This document shows positions 40,447 through 55,140 of a stretch of 64,000 nt of DNA, one piece after another (the stretch's first letter is position 1; each line of letters begins with the position of its first letter). The position numbers and the translations under genes were made by a program. The notes under the pieces are model-generated. The model was not told the origin of the DNA and searched no databases. It was given only the letters and a program-made list of their open reading frames with translations. Location of the stretch: the NCBI GenBank assembly GCA_951406725.2, contig OX597824.1, positions 91,140,001 through 91,204,000 of the forward strand. Direction: 5' to 3'. This DNA is from Octopus vulgaris. Its lineage: Eukaryota.

Positions 40447-40521
40447 TAAATTTGTAAATCTCACACAGAAAACAAACAAATTAAACTTTCACATGAAAGT
40501 AGCAAAGAAGAACCTGACTTC

Positions 40522-40554
40522 TGCGCATGCGCGAGGATAACCTGATGTGATTGG
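40522..40554. promoter_or_regulatory. Candidate promoter motifs: NRF1-type palindrome plus reverse CCAAT
   Basis: TGCGCATGCGC at 40522-40532 and GATTGG at 40549-40554, in unique sequence. Confidence 0.3.
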
Positions 40555-41323
40555 TTTCACAGCCTTTTTTTTTTCCCAGGCGTTTTATGGTCCAGCGTCC
40601 CTCAAGAAATCAACAACCGGTTCTCGTTGAAAACCAGCTTCAGCCCCCCAAACACCCACCCACCCACACACACATGTATACACATCGAACACTCTTTCAT
40701 ATATACATACATATATACTTATATACACACAAAATCATACAAATACAAACACAAATGCACATATATGCTTTGTTAATCGCATATATATTCAGATATTAAC
40801 ATATATACATGTATGTTTATACACACTGAACACATACATGCGTATATACATACATACATGTATACCTACCTACATATATACACATAAACATACATACATA
40901 AACACACACATTGGCACATACATATTCTGATGTATGCTTACATATTTATATATTCACATATGTACGCATATATTTATACACACTGAATACACACATACAC
41001 GTATACATACATACATACATACATACATACATACATACATACATACATACATACATACATACATACATACATACATACATACATACATACACATACATAC
41101 ATAAGTACATACATACATACATACATACATACATACATACATACAAGCATTCATACACACATACATACATACCTACACACACATACATACATACATACAT
41201 ACATACATACATACATACATACATACATACATACATACATACATACATACATACATACATACATACATACATACATACATACAAGCATTCATACATACAT
41301 ACATACATACATACATACATACA

Positions 41324-41357
<34 letters not shown>

Positions 41358-41634
41358 CATACATACATACATACATACATACATACATACATACATACAT
41401 ACATACATACATACATACATACATACATACATACATACATACATACATACATACATACATACATACATACATACATACATTTTCGCTTCCCAGAGAGCGT
41501 AATGAAAAATATCGCCGAACCGATAACAACTTATTTTGCACCGCTTATAACATTAACAATATTTCCTAGGAACAATTTCAACAATAAACGAAACACCAAC
41601 AACCACAAGAATAACAAAGTATGCTGGATGCCCT

Positions 41635-41960
41635 ATGTGAAACCGTGTAGCTTAGTACTTGAGTGTATTTGGCTCACTTTCGTAAGGTCGTGGGTTCGAT
41701 TCCCGACGACGCGCTGTGTCCTTGACAAGACCTTTTATTTCACGTTGCTCCAGTCCACTCAGCTGGCAAAAATGAGTACTTGCATTTCAAAAGGGCCCCC
41801 AGCTTTGTCACATTCTGTGTCACACCGAATCTCCCTGAGAACTACATTAAGTGTACGCGTGTCTGTGGAGTACTCAACCACCTGCATGTTAATTTCACGA
41901 GCAGGTTGTTCCGTTGACTGGATCGACCGAAACACTCGTCGTAGCCGACGGAGTGCCGGT
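41635..41960 (+). mobile_element. tRNA-derived SINE (head B + tail X)
   Basis: TAGCTTAGT..GGGTTCGATTCCC head; 3' half matches the reverse complement of 62755-62935. Confidence 0.8.
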
Positions 41961-42151
41961 TTTTTGGTGCAGTATATGTTTCGATCTCAACAGAAACCGA
42001 AATCGATCTGTTAGTTAAACGACAAGCAAGCTCACTTGCTCTCCTGCACCGGGGAACCACTTACAGAATCGATCTGCCTTTTACAAGATGTTACATGGAC
42101 GCGACTAATGATAACTAATCGATCGATGAACTTTATTAATCGTCTTGAATA

Positions 42152-42174
42152 TCTGTATATATATATAAGGCAGG

Positions 42175-42213
<39 letters not shown>

Positions 42214-42455
42214 TGTGTGCACGTGATTGTAGTTTATGCACATCCACAAATTAGCACACATGTCACTCAAATTTAGGAGGACATTCGCCCCTATTTTTTT
42301 TGCGATTTTTTTACTGATGTGTCGCCATTTTTCGGTGTATTTCAACCAGAAAAATGTTCACTTAAAGAGCTACATAATGCAAAATTTTCACTTTTCAAAA
42401 ATTCCAATTCTAAAGGGTCGAAACAAACGCGAGCAACGCCAAGCTATACTGCTAG
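42152..42455 (+). mobile_element. Non-autonomous Helitron, different body but related 3' end
   Basis: A|TC start; ends CGAGCAACGCC..ATACTGCTAG|T like 23243-23269. Confidence 0.7.
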
Positions 42456-42589
42456 TATAATATAAAACTTTACTTTATATCAGTCCTTTGCTAGTTTCTA
42501 GGCACAGTGCCTGCCTCTGGCCAGGAAGTTCAGGCAGTTTTTCCTCTGTTTGCTGGTTATGGGCTAATGAATAAATGTGATTAAACAAT

Positions 42590-42822
42590 GAATATTGGTT
42601 TAAAATTTTGGTACAATGTCAGTAATTTCGGGGAAGGGAGTAAATCGATTACATCGACACCAGTGCACGACTGGTACTTATCTCATCGACCTCGAAAGCG
42701 GATGAAAGGCAAAATATGGGCTCGGCGGAATTTGAAGTTAGAACGTGAAGACGGACGAAATGCCGTTTAGCATTTCGTCCGGCGTGCTAACGTTTCTGTC
42801 AGCGTGCTAGCGTTTCTGCCAG
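42590..42822 (-). mobile_element. Diverged SINE S2
   Basis: Homology to S2; another copy at 45515-45720. Confidence 0.75.
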
Positions 42823-42851
42823 ATTGGCAAAATGACCGATAGAATAATCTC

Positions 42852-43335
<484 letters not shown>

Positions 43336-43704
43336 AAGTTTTAAAAAAAAGAGGAAAAAAGGGCTTTTTAAAAAATGAGTACTGAGATCAATCAACACGA
43401 TTAAAGCCCTACCCGCCAGTGCTCCAGCATGACCGTAGTACAATGACTCAAGTAAAAAAAAAGAAATCCTGTACCACCACCACCACCACCACCCTACCAC
43501 AAACTAAAACCATCCACACTGCTTCACAGAGAGAGATGACATCACCGCTAGTCTCCCTTTTCTGCCATTCCATTAGATTAGCAACTGGCGAGAAAGCGAG
43601 CTTCAAATAAACCCCACTAAAATTAGAACAACGAACCGACTCACAGAAACCGAAACACACACACACACACACACACAAACAAACAAACACGCGCGCGCGC
43701 ATAC

Positions 43705-43857
43705 AAGGTGTGGCTGTGTGGTAAGAAACTTGCTTCCCAACCACATGTTTTTGCGTTCAATTCCACTGTGGCAAGTGTCTTCTATTACAGGCTCGGGCCG
43801 ACCCGACCCAAAGCCTTATCAGTGGATTTGGTCAATGGAAACGGAAAGAAGCCCGTT

Positions 43858-43912
<55 letters not shown>

Positions 43913-44039
43913 CACACAGTGAACGAACAATAAAATAAACAAAAACAACAAAAAGATATGCACAAGGAATGTATTAGTTTGACGTTCGGTAATACGAATT
44001 TCTGACGTTTCGAGTATAGCCCTTCGTCGTCGACGTCAT

Positions 44040-44075
<36 letters not shown>

Positions 44076-44362
44076 GTGTGTGTGTAAGTGTGTGTGTGTG
44101 TGTGTGTGTGTGTGTTTAAGTGTGTGTGTGTGTGTGTGTGTGTGTGTTTAAGTGTGTGTGTGTGTGTGTGTTTGTTCACCACCACTGCTTGGCAACTGAC
44201 TTTCGCGTGTTTACATCCTCTGTAAACTAACGGTTCGGCAAATTGAACACGTACCAAGCTTAAATAAATAAATAAAAACTGGGGTCTATTCCTTCGACTA
44301 AAACGTCGACTGAGCGGTGCTCCAGCATGACCGTCGTCTAATGACTGAAACAAGTATAAGAT
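43705..44362 (+). mobile_element. Old SINE S1 interrupted in its microsatellite by an H1 fragment (43920-44035)
   Basis: S1 head at 43705-43860 and S1 tail at 44170-44362. The insert has GTATTAGTTTGACGTTCGG...ACGTTTCGAG. Confidence 0.7.
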
Positions 44363-44689
44363 AAAAGATAATACGAATCGCAACACCCGTACAATATTCA
44401 CGGAGCATATGAGATTAAGAAGATATTTGGTATAATGTGCTTTATGTTTTATCCTTTGCTAGTTCCAGCCATTTGGCGGCGGCCATGCTGGGGCACAGCT
44501 TTGAAGGGTTTTAGTTAAACAAATCGACCCCTGTATATAGGTTTTCTTAAAATCTGATAATTATTCTGTCGCTCTCGTCTGCCGAACCGCTACGTAACGG
44601 GTACATAAACAAGACAAAACAAAACTGGTTTTCAAGTTGTTGTGGTAGGATCAAAATCAGGCACAAAGACACTTATACATTCACACATA

Positions 44690-45500
44690 CAGGGTTTGGA
44701 TGAAATAATGGAAACACCTTAAAATTTCAAATAAATTATTTTAATATGGGGGTAGGACTACCCTTGGCAGTAGTTACACCTTGAATTCTATGAAGTATGA
44801 ACTAGTACAAAGTTTGAATTGTTTCCAAAGGAATTTTTGTCCATTCTTCAGTTAAAACAGTCTCCAGTTCTTGTAGAAATGATGGTGGAGGATATCGACT
44901 CCTTACTTGTTTTTTCTAAAATGCACCAGATAAGATGGCCAGATAAGATGTTCAACTTTACTAGAATGTTTCTCATGCCATTCAGTAATAACTTGAGCTG
45001 TGTGAATTGGTGCATTATCATCCTGAAAGATTGTGTTTCCCCCTGGAAATAGTTCCGCAACCATAGGATGAATTTGATCAGATAAAATGCTTAAATAATC
45101 TTGACTATTAATTCTGCCTTGAAGAGAAAGCATTAGGCCGGCGGATTTCCAAGATATAGCCCCCAGATCATCACAGATTCTCCTCCATGTTTAATAGTTG
45201 GAAGAAGGCAGTCTCCACATGTATACTCAGCTGGTGGTCGGAAATATTTAAAGGATGACTCGTTCGAGAAAATAGCATTCTTGCACTGCTCTAGGGAGCA
45301 ATTCTATGGGTTTTTACTCCACTCAGTGCTTTGCAACATTTGTTTTTGAAAATAGTGGTTTTCTGATTGCAGCCCCTCCTGTGAAATGCGGCTTTGTGCA
45401 GCTCCCGGCGAACAGTGTTTGTGAAAACTTGGTTCTCGATGTGGTCATTAAGCTCTGCAGTAATTTTGGGAGCTGTACTTTTGTGATCCAGGACTTGCAG
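44690..45500 (-). mobile_element. Tc1 transposon relic, same family as 27313
   Basis: LQGRINSQDYLSILSDQIHPMVAELFPGGNTIFQDDNAPIHTA; terminus TA|CAGGG. Confidence 0.88.
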
Positions 45501-46779
45501 AGGTTAAACAATAATAATCCTTTCTACTATAAGCACAAGGCCTGAAATTGTGGAGGAGGGGGCTAGTCGATTACATCAACCCCAGTGTTTTACTGGTACG
45601 TAATTTATCTATCCGGAAAGATGAAATGCAAAGTTGACCTCGGCGGAATTTGAACTAAGAACGTACCGACTGGCGAAATATCGCTAAGCATGTCGTCCAG
45701 CGTGCTAACGATTCTGCCAATAGTAATGTAAAGAAAAGAGAGAGTTGGTGGGGTGGGTTGGGGCTGCGTGGTCACTGGGCCTGCTAGAAATAACAACCGG
45801 GTTCCGGGTTACCAGCCTAATCGCGAATGGATTCCTGGTTTCCCTGCAGACAGGATGATCATGAGTGGAATGCCTTTGATAAAGGTTAAGCTTAGGTTAA
45901 AGAACAACAACAAGAAGCAAGAGCTAGTGGTTAAGGAGGCGGGGAAGGATTTCTCTATATGGTCGACTCGGCCTGCAAGAAACAACAGCCAAGTTTCTCT
46001 CAAAACCGAAACCCATGCATTGTATACTGTGCTGCACTGTGTGAAAAAAAAGTAAGATCGAGAACAAACCACCACCACCACCACCATCACCACCACAGCA
46101 ACAACAATAAAAACATCAGCAACAATAGCAACAACTATTACAACAAGGTGGTCGCTCAGTTTTCTAGAAATAGCAGCTAAATTTCACTTATTGAAGTCCT
46201 GCCAGTTAAAACATGTCAAACTTGGATGACGTTAGTATTACGATATATGATTGTTTGGATAAATGATGGAGTGGCCATGGCTAGAACGCTTTTAAACATA
46301 GATAATATGGGGCTTTTTAATAAAAGATGAATGGGGCTAAAGAATAACAACAGCAACAACAAGAACAACAACATGTTAGGAATTTAGAAGAGAAGAGTGG
46401 GATCTTTGTTGTCTTAATGATTAGTCACGCTTTGGAGTAAGAAGAGGAACATACATACATACACACATACATACATACATACATACATACATACACACAT
46501 ACATACATACATACATGCATGCATGCATACATACACACATGCATACATGCATACATACACACATGCATACATGCATACACACATACATACATGCATACAT
46601 ACATACATACATACACACACATACATACATACATACATACATACACACACATACATACATACATACATACATACATACATACATACATACATACATACAT
46701 ACATACATACATACATACATACATGCATACACACATACATACATACACACATACATACATACATACATACATACATACA

Positions 46780-46813
<34 letters not shown>

Positions 46814-47055
46814 CATACATACATGCATACATACATGCATACACACATACACACATACATACATACATACATACATACATACACACATACATACATACAT
46901 ACATACATATATACATTCATACATACATACATACATACATACACACATACATACATACATACATACATACATACATACATACATACATACATACATACAT
47001 ACATACATACATACATACATACATACACACATACATACATACATACATACATACA

Positions 47056-47087
<32 letters not shown>

Positions 47088-47379
47088 GATAGAGAGATAC
47101 ATAACATATTTACACCTGACTTCGTACATACACACACATAGATGCATACATGCAGAGCACATTCACACATACATACACAAATACTTATATACATACTCAC
47201 AAAGACACACACACATACGTACATGCATATGCATACATATGCATACTCACATACATACACACATATACACATACATTATGCACGCGCATACATACATTAT
47301 ACATACACACGTCCATGCACACACACACACATATATACATACATACAGGCACACATCCATCCATATATACATACACACG

Positions 47380-47418
<39 letters not shown>

Positions 47419-48021
47419 CTATATCTACCGATGCTTTCGGGTATGTAGTTTTATTTTACAGTCGCTTGGCTGCTATGATTTATCGCTGCTTCTTTCTTCC
47501 TTCTTTCCTTCCTTCCTTCCTTCCTTCCTTCCTTTCTTTCTTTCTTTCTTTCTTCCTTTCTTTCTTTCTTTCTTTCTTTCTTTATTTATCTATTTATTTC
47601 TCTTGTTGTTGTTGTTGTTATTCCACTGTGCGCGGTATCAAGTTCCGTTTCTGCTTCAAGAGCGAATAAACGAATGAGAAGTCACGTGGTAAAATACGAT
47701 ACGTTGTTGATGTTATTATTATTATTATTATTGTTTTTGCTCATCGTCATCCTCGTTGTCGTCTTCCTTGTTATTGTTGCTGTTGTTGGTTAAAACCCAG
47801 ATCAGTCCCGATCCACTTATGACCAACACTACCTCCGAGCTCTTTGATGCCATTTGTGGAGTCCACACAAAGATGACCAATCTAGTAAATATAACGCAAA
47901 AGCGAGGGGAAATAAACACTCGTGTATTTATCAGTAAAGTGGTTTATATCGATTAAAAGTACATTGGAGTCATACAGGGAGCATACAAGATCTACAATCA
48001 TGCATTCATACATCCATACAT

Positions 48022-48250
48022 TTTTTTCAGTTCTATATTTAAGAGATGAGGAATTATGTACATTGTTTGCGTTTGACGAATATTTGTCCTCATCTTGTTT
48101 GCTGTTAACACAACGTTTTAGCCTTCAAATTTCGGTCTCATTCCTAAAGTATTTTCGATGTTATTATGATTCAGGTCACTGCTTGGGATCGAACTCGGAA
48201 TCTTGGGGTTATTAGCCCGCGCTCTTAAAGCCTGCGCTCTTAATCACTAT
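48022..48250 (-). mobile_element. tRNA-derived SINE, further family
   Basis: Minus strand reads TTAAGAGCGCGGGCTAATAACCCCAAGATTCCGAGTTCGATCCCAAGC (B box). Confidence 0.65.
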
Positions 48251-48932
48251 GCCATATGCATACATATGCATACACACATACATACACATATATACACATA
48301 ATGTACGCGCATACATACATAATACATACACACGCCCTACCCCCACCACACTCACATACATACATACATACAAGCACACATCTATCCATAAATACATACA
48401 CCCTAAGTCAGCCTTATCAAGCAGGTCTATAATGAAATGCATTCCATCCGGGGCCACCCCGCATTTTTTTTCTTATGTGCTGTAAATCCAGAATCACATT
48501 TCAAAAATAACAAAGCTGAGTTAGTGAAGATTGGGTTGTTATTTCTAGCAGGTCGACCAAGCAACCACTACAGGTTCCCTCGTTGTCTCGTGATGAGGTA
48601 TCAGTGGAGGTTGCGGGGTAAGCGTGTGTGGTGGGGTTTGTGGTGTGGTGTGAGGAGGTGTGTAGAGGCTGTGGTAGCGTGTACTTATCCCGGATAGTAT
48701 TATGTAAGAGAGACGGGTGGTTGTCACACCCTTCCAGGATATAGAACGTATGTTCGCTGTGTTTACATAAGTATTATGTATGTATGTATGTATGTATGTA
48801 TGTATGTATGTATGTATGTATGTATGTATGTATGTATGTATGTATGTATGTATGTATGTATGTACGCAATGTATGTATCTGTCTATTTGTCTACCTAATG
48901 GTTTATGTACCTATGTATGTATACACTATGCA

Positions 48933-49029
<97 letters not shown>

Positions 49030-49038
49030 GGCTATCTA

Positions 49039-49095
<57 letters not shown>

Positions 49096-49291
49096 CGGGA
49101 AGGTTTACGAAAATAAACAAAAGTCGAAGGCAGGTGGAGTACAAACAAACAAATGTATTAGTATAGCGCTCAGGAATAGAAACAGAAAAAGTCTTTTACG
49201 TTTCGAGCCTACGCTCTTCGACAGAAAGATACACAGAAAAAACAAGGAGAGAAAAAAATGCATGTAGGAGCTAGCGATCTGTCATGGCGTC

Positions 49292-49292
<1 letters not shown>
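49096..49292 (-). mobile_element. Family H1 element, best-preserved variant hammerhead (CUGUCGA)
   Basis: Minus strand at 49229-49192 reads TCTTT-CTGTCGA-A-GAGC-GTAG-GCTC-GAAACGTA-AAAGA; inserted in (TA)n. Confidence 0.7.
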
Positions 49293-49329
<37 letters not shown>

Positions 49330-49338
49330 TAGATAGCC

Positions 49339-49398
<60 letters not shown>

Positions 49399-49408
49399 GG
49401 ATATGCAT

Positions 49409-49470
<62 letters not shown>

Positions 49471-49544
49471 GTCTCTCTCTCTCTATCTATCAATTTATCT
49501 ATCTGTCAGTATTAAGTCAGTCTGTCTGTCTCTGTCTGTGTCTG

Positions 49545-49607
<63 letters not shown>

Positions 49608-50087
49608 GCAGATGCATAGGTACGTACTTCCATACGTTCATACACACATGTGTCTATGGATCGGCGTGTGCATGCTCGTTGTACGTACATCAGAGCAATG
49701 TTAAAAGCATTATCGGTTCTCAGGCAAATTACACAATGTTTGGGCCCCGAGACTAGGGTCCCTAAAACTGTGGTACTCCCGACCACTACCCATTGTGCCC
49801 ATACCTTTAGACAGTACGTATGTATAGATATATATTTTACGTTCTCCCTTAATTTTATTATGCTATGTATTTGATGTAAATTGACCGTGACAAATTTTTT
49901 ACACCACAGCAATCTATCGTTAGAAGGTTCACAGAATTCAATGACATAATATAAATGTTCTAATTGTGGAACAAAGCTAGCAAATTTTGTGGTAGGGGCA
50001 AGTCTATTACATATATATGTATGTGAGTGTGAGTGTGCTTGTGCGTATGTGTGTGTACGATTGTGTACATATGTGTTTATGTTTAGT

Positions 50088-50415
50088 ATCACGGTATTGA
50101 TCAAACTATCGGATGTTGTTATACATCACTAGTCACAATGCGCTTCACATTGCTTTAGTTTATGAATGATGCCACCCCGCTGGCAAGGTAAGCAGACCAA
50201 CACTTTCCCCGCCCCGCCCAGCCCCGGATCGGAAGACTATTCCTTCACAGGGTTATACATTTTCAACTGAGTGGTCCCTAAAACAGAGATACGGCTGACA
50301 ACGTGAAATGAAGTGTTTTTGCTCAAGAAATCAACGCGCCGGCCGGCCTGGGAATCGAACTCACGATCTAGAAATCGTGTGTGCAACAGCCTATCCACTA
50401 GTCTGCGTGCCTTCA
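50088..50415 (-). mobile_element. tRNA-derived SINE (head B + tail Y)
   Basis: Head homologous to 41640-41780; tail homologous to 57129-57245. Confidence 0.7.
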
Positions 50416-50443
50416 GATATGTGTGTGTATGTGTGTGCATATG

Positions 50444-50483
<40 letters not shown>

Positions 50484-50523
50484 CATATCTATATATCTAT
50501 ATACATATATATGCGTGTGTATG

Positions 50524-50584
<61 letters not shown>

Positions 50585-50695
50585 TTGTGTGTGTGTGTAA
50601 ATGTGTTTATATTTATGGATAAACACAACAATTAACCCCAATGTCATATTTATAATAAACAGCCAATCACACAACACAATCACGTACACATACGT

Positions 50696-50764
<69 letters not shown>

Positions 50765-51301
50765 TGATGCGAATGATGCATAGGGTGCGATGTCTTACGA
50801 AACGAAGGCCAGTGGAACTTATCGCAAATTACGTAAAAATTGTGCGACAGTTGCTAATTAATCAGGATATATGCGTCAGTGGCTAATTAATTAGATACGT
50901 TACAAATAGACGGAGATAAGAGATTGCTGTGGATACGTGTGAGTATGTGTGAGTGCGTTTATACAAGACCGTATGTGTATGTGTTTGAGTACGTGTGTGT
51001 GTGTTTATGTGTTTGTGTATGTATGTGTAAATAGTTATAGCTGGATTTTCGATATGGGTATACATATGCATGTATATAAGTGCGTATGTATGCGTGTGGT
51101 TATGTGGCAAGAAGCTAGGCGCATGCGTGGCTGTGTTAAGACGTTTACTTCCTGATCACATGGTTCCGGGTTTAGTTCTACTGCATGTGTCTTCTGTCAT
51201 AGCCCCAGGTCAACTAAAGTCCCGTGAGTGGATTTGGTAGGCCGAAAGTGAAAGAAGCCCGTCATATGTACGTATATATATATATTCACACATACATATA
51301 C

Positions 51302-51372
<71 letters not shown>

Positions 51373-51719
51373 CTTGTCACTTTTTTTACCCCTCTGCAAA
51401 AGAATTTTATTTAATTCATTTTGCAGGAAGGATTGATTCGGCCGGATCGTGTTCTGCCCTTACCTTCGGAACACGCATTGAGTCGAACCAGGGGCAGCTA
51501 ATGAAGGGGAATATTCCTTGTATTGTTTGTCTTGTACTCTGTTTTTTCGTTGTTAAAAAAAGTCCGTTTCCTTGTTTGATTTTATATTTTCGTTTCTCGT
51601 TGTGTTCTACGTTTATTTGTGGTGTCCTGTACTCATATATGCATGTATATATACATATAGATGTAGGTATGTACATATATGTATGTGTGTATGCATATGT
51701 TTTATTTATTAAATTGTTA

Positions 51720-51824
<105 letters not shown>

Positions 51825-52419
51825 TGTGTATATGACGGGCTTCTTTCAGTTTTTGGTCCGAGGCTATAGTAGCAGACACCTGCCCAAGGTGTCACGCAGT
51901 GGTACTGAATCATAAGTATGTATGTCATAAACATCTATTTTAAGTATGCAAATCCACAATGAAATCACTTTCATTCATTATACATAAGTATATACATTAC
52001 ATTACAATACATGCGTATGTATATATTGTAATGTATATATACACACATACTTTTATACATCTGTAAATACATATATAATTTTATGATTTATTTTATAGGT
52101 TTCACCCGGCATCTCACTTCAACCCCCACACACACACACATACACACACAAACGCGCAACAATGTATAAAAACCCGAAAGCTTACTCATCGCCATAGTTA
52201 CAGAATGAGTCTTCAAACACTCACATATACGTATAGGTTATATAAGACATTGCGATGAGTATGAGATGTGGCCCGAGGCTAAACAAAAAGGAAAGAAATG
52301 AAAAAAGAAAAAAAGAGAAAAAGAAATGAATCAGTTTTTTTGATATTGTTCAAAATCGCGGAAATAGAAAAGAAACAACAACAGCAACAAAAACATCATC
52401 ACCAACAACAACAACAACA

Positions 52420-52454
<35 letters not shown>

Positions 52455-52700
52455 CGTAATAGTAGTAGTAGTAGTAGTAGTAGTAGTAATAATAATAATG
52501 ATAATAATAATAATAATAATAATAACAATAATAATAATAATAATGATAATAGTAATAATAATAATGATAATAGTAATAATAATAATGATAATAATAATAA
52601 TAGTAATAATAATAATAATAATAATCGTAACAATAAGAATAATAAATCTGTGTGTAGGCGATAAAAATATTTCTTTTCGAATGAAAGTAAAATTCGTTTA

Positions 52701-52747
<47 letters not shown>

Positions 52748-52761
52748 CATTATTATTATTA

Positions 52762-52844
<83 letters not shown>

Positions 52845-52980
52845 CATTATTATTATTATTACCATTATTATTATTATTATCATTATTATTATTATTACCA
52901 TTATTATTATTATTATCATTATTATTATTATTACCATTATTATTATTACTATTATCATTATTATTATTATTATTATTACT
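52420..52980. repeat. Opposed (ATA)n and (TTA)n arrays around a ~60 bp spacer
   Basis: Direct reading. Confidence 0.9.
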
Positions 52981-53295
52981 AGTACTTTGTTAAATTAGAT
53001 TACTTCATTATCGTCCCGAGGTGTTAATGCAACGTGTAAACTGTTTCTGAAAAACACACTGGTTTCCGTATTTATATAATATGATAATACATGTATGCTG
53101 TTTAAAATAAATGTATTACATACATACGAATGTATTCGCCTATGTATGTACGAATTACATATACATGGGGGTGGGGGTATGGTGGAGATTGAGAGAAAAA
53201 AGAGGGGATGGGGAGTGGGAAGTGAGAGGTGTGATTTCAAGTTTCGCCTAAAGGAAGTTAGACTTGTAACAATATTGTGTCACTTTCTTCAAAAA

Positions 53296-53340
<45 letters not shown>

Positions 53341-53410
53341 AGTATGTGTGTGAATGCTTGTGTAAGTGTGTGTGTAAGCCCACACAAATACTCACACGCA
53401 CGCACACACG

Positions 53411-53470
<60 letters not shown>

Positions 53471-53774
53471 ACTAAAAGCGCAAAAAAAAATTTCATGAAT
53501 GATTCATAATTTATTTCTGCTTTACAGCTGTTTCAATGGTTAGAATATAATTTACATTTATACAATTACGTAATTACTATATATAGAATGCATAATTTAT
53601 AAATGCATAATTCATAAATGTAAAAGTGTACATATATGTGTGTTCATGTGCACGTATACTTGTATATATATGTGTGTGTGTGCGTGCGCGCGTGTGTGCG
53701 TGTGTTTATATATATATATATATATATGTATACAATGTATAATGTATGTACATATACATATAATATAAAATACA

Positions 53775-54171
53775 TCTTTATATATAAAAGTCAAGTTGTG
53801 TGTCTGTCTCCTACGATTTAGATTCCTAACTACTCCCACATTTTGCGGTGCAGTTTAACCAAAACCGGGTATCTTATAGTCATGATTCATATCGAGCCCT
53901 TCTGGGTATTACCGCGCGTCTACGATGAGTCTACGATTTTAAAAATAATTTACCATCATTTTTTTCCATTTTAGTGCATTTTTTCGCTATTATATAAGGG
54001 AAGTAACTCTCTAAAAATGTCTACGATGAGTCAACGATTTAAAAAAAAATTTACCATCATTTTTTTTTCCATTTTTAATGCATTTTTGCTATCTTTTGGC
54101 TATAACTCTCTAAAAATGCTTATATAGTTATTTCCCTTACAAACCCGAGCAACGCCGGGCGATACTGCTAG
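53775..54171 (+). mobile_element. Non-autonomous Helitron, same family as 22756
   Basis: A|TC start, same hairpin, CTAG end; internal ~100 bp tandem duplication. Confidence 0.85.
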
Positions 54172-54379
54172 CATTATATATATTCTATACTTTTCTATAT
54201 ATAAACATTTTCTTTAATATATTCTTATACAGTGTGTATAATAAGTATGTGTGTGTATACGCATATATATATTTGTATGAATATATGTATATTTTCGTGT
54301 GTTGTGTGTGTGTTTATGTAGCAGCGACGTAAGCAGAGCAATTCGTTCCCCTTGTAATGCCATGGTAGGACCAAACGCG

Positions 54380-54740
54380 AAAATCAGGGGCCCTAAAGGA
54401 ATACCTTGCCTTCTAAAACCTTGCTGATGTCCCGAGCATTGAGACGACGCTGCACGGGCATCATTTATGCTTGACTGGGTACCTTGTTCGGATAAATGAT
54501 CAGAGGGTCCCCTAAGTAGATGCTACATGGCAAAAATGTTTGTGGAAATCAACCCCCAGCAGTAACAAAACAAGAATTTAAGGTTTTGTGTGAAGTTCTT
54601 GTTGAAGGCATGTGAATTACGAAAGTTCAGTTGAAGGAGCAATGCTTGTCCTTGCCACCAATGGAGGGAACCAGTAAATCAAAGAGTGGATATTTTAGAA
54701 GACAAAAAGCAAACAAACAAAAGGCAATAACAGAAATGCA
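54380..54740 (+). mobile_element. Decayed RTE-clade LINE, 3' end of ORF
   Basis: From 54426: DVPSIETTLHGHHLCLTGYLVRINDQRVP*/K*MLHG, which fits the RTE pattern PSIE...QLRWxGHxxRMxDxRxPKxxLYG. Confidence 0.65.
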
Positions 54741-54741
54741 T

Positions 54742-55140
54742 AGTGGCTGTGTGGTAAGTAGCTTGCTAACCAACCACATGGTTCCGAGTTCAGTCCCACT
54801 GCGTGACATCTTGGGCAAGTGTCTTCTGCTATAGCCCCGGGCCGACCAAAGCCTTGTGAGTGGATTTGGTAGACGGAAACTGAAAGAAGCCTGTCGTATA
54901 TATGTGTGTATGTATGTGTTTGTGTGTCTGTCTTTGTCCCCCTAGCATTGCTTGACAACCGATGCTAGTGTGTTTACGTCCCCGTTACTTAGCGGTTCGG
55001 CAAAAAGAGACCGATAGAATAAGTACTGGGCTTACAAAGAATAAGTCCCGGTGTCGATTTGCTCGACTAAAGGCGGTGCTCCAGCATGGCCGCAGTCAAA
55101 TGACTGAAACAAGTAAAAGAGTAAAAGAGAGTAAAGAGTA
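54742..55140 (+). mobile_element. SINE S1, young copy
   Basis: Near-identical to 37138-37545. Confidence 0.9.
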
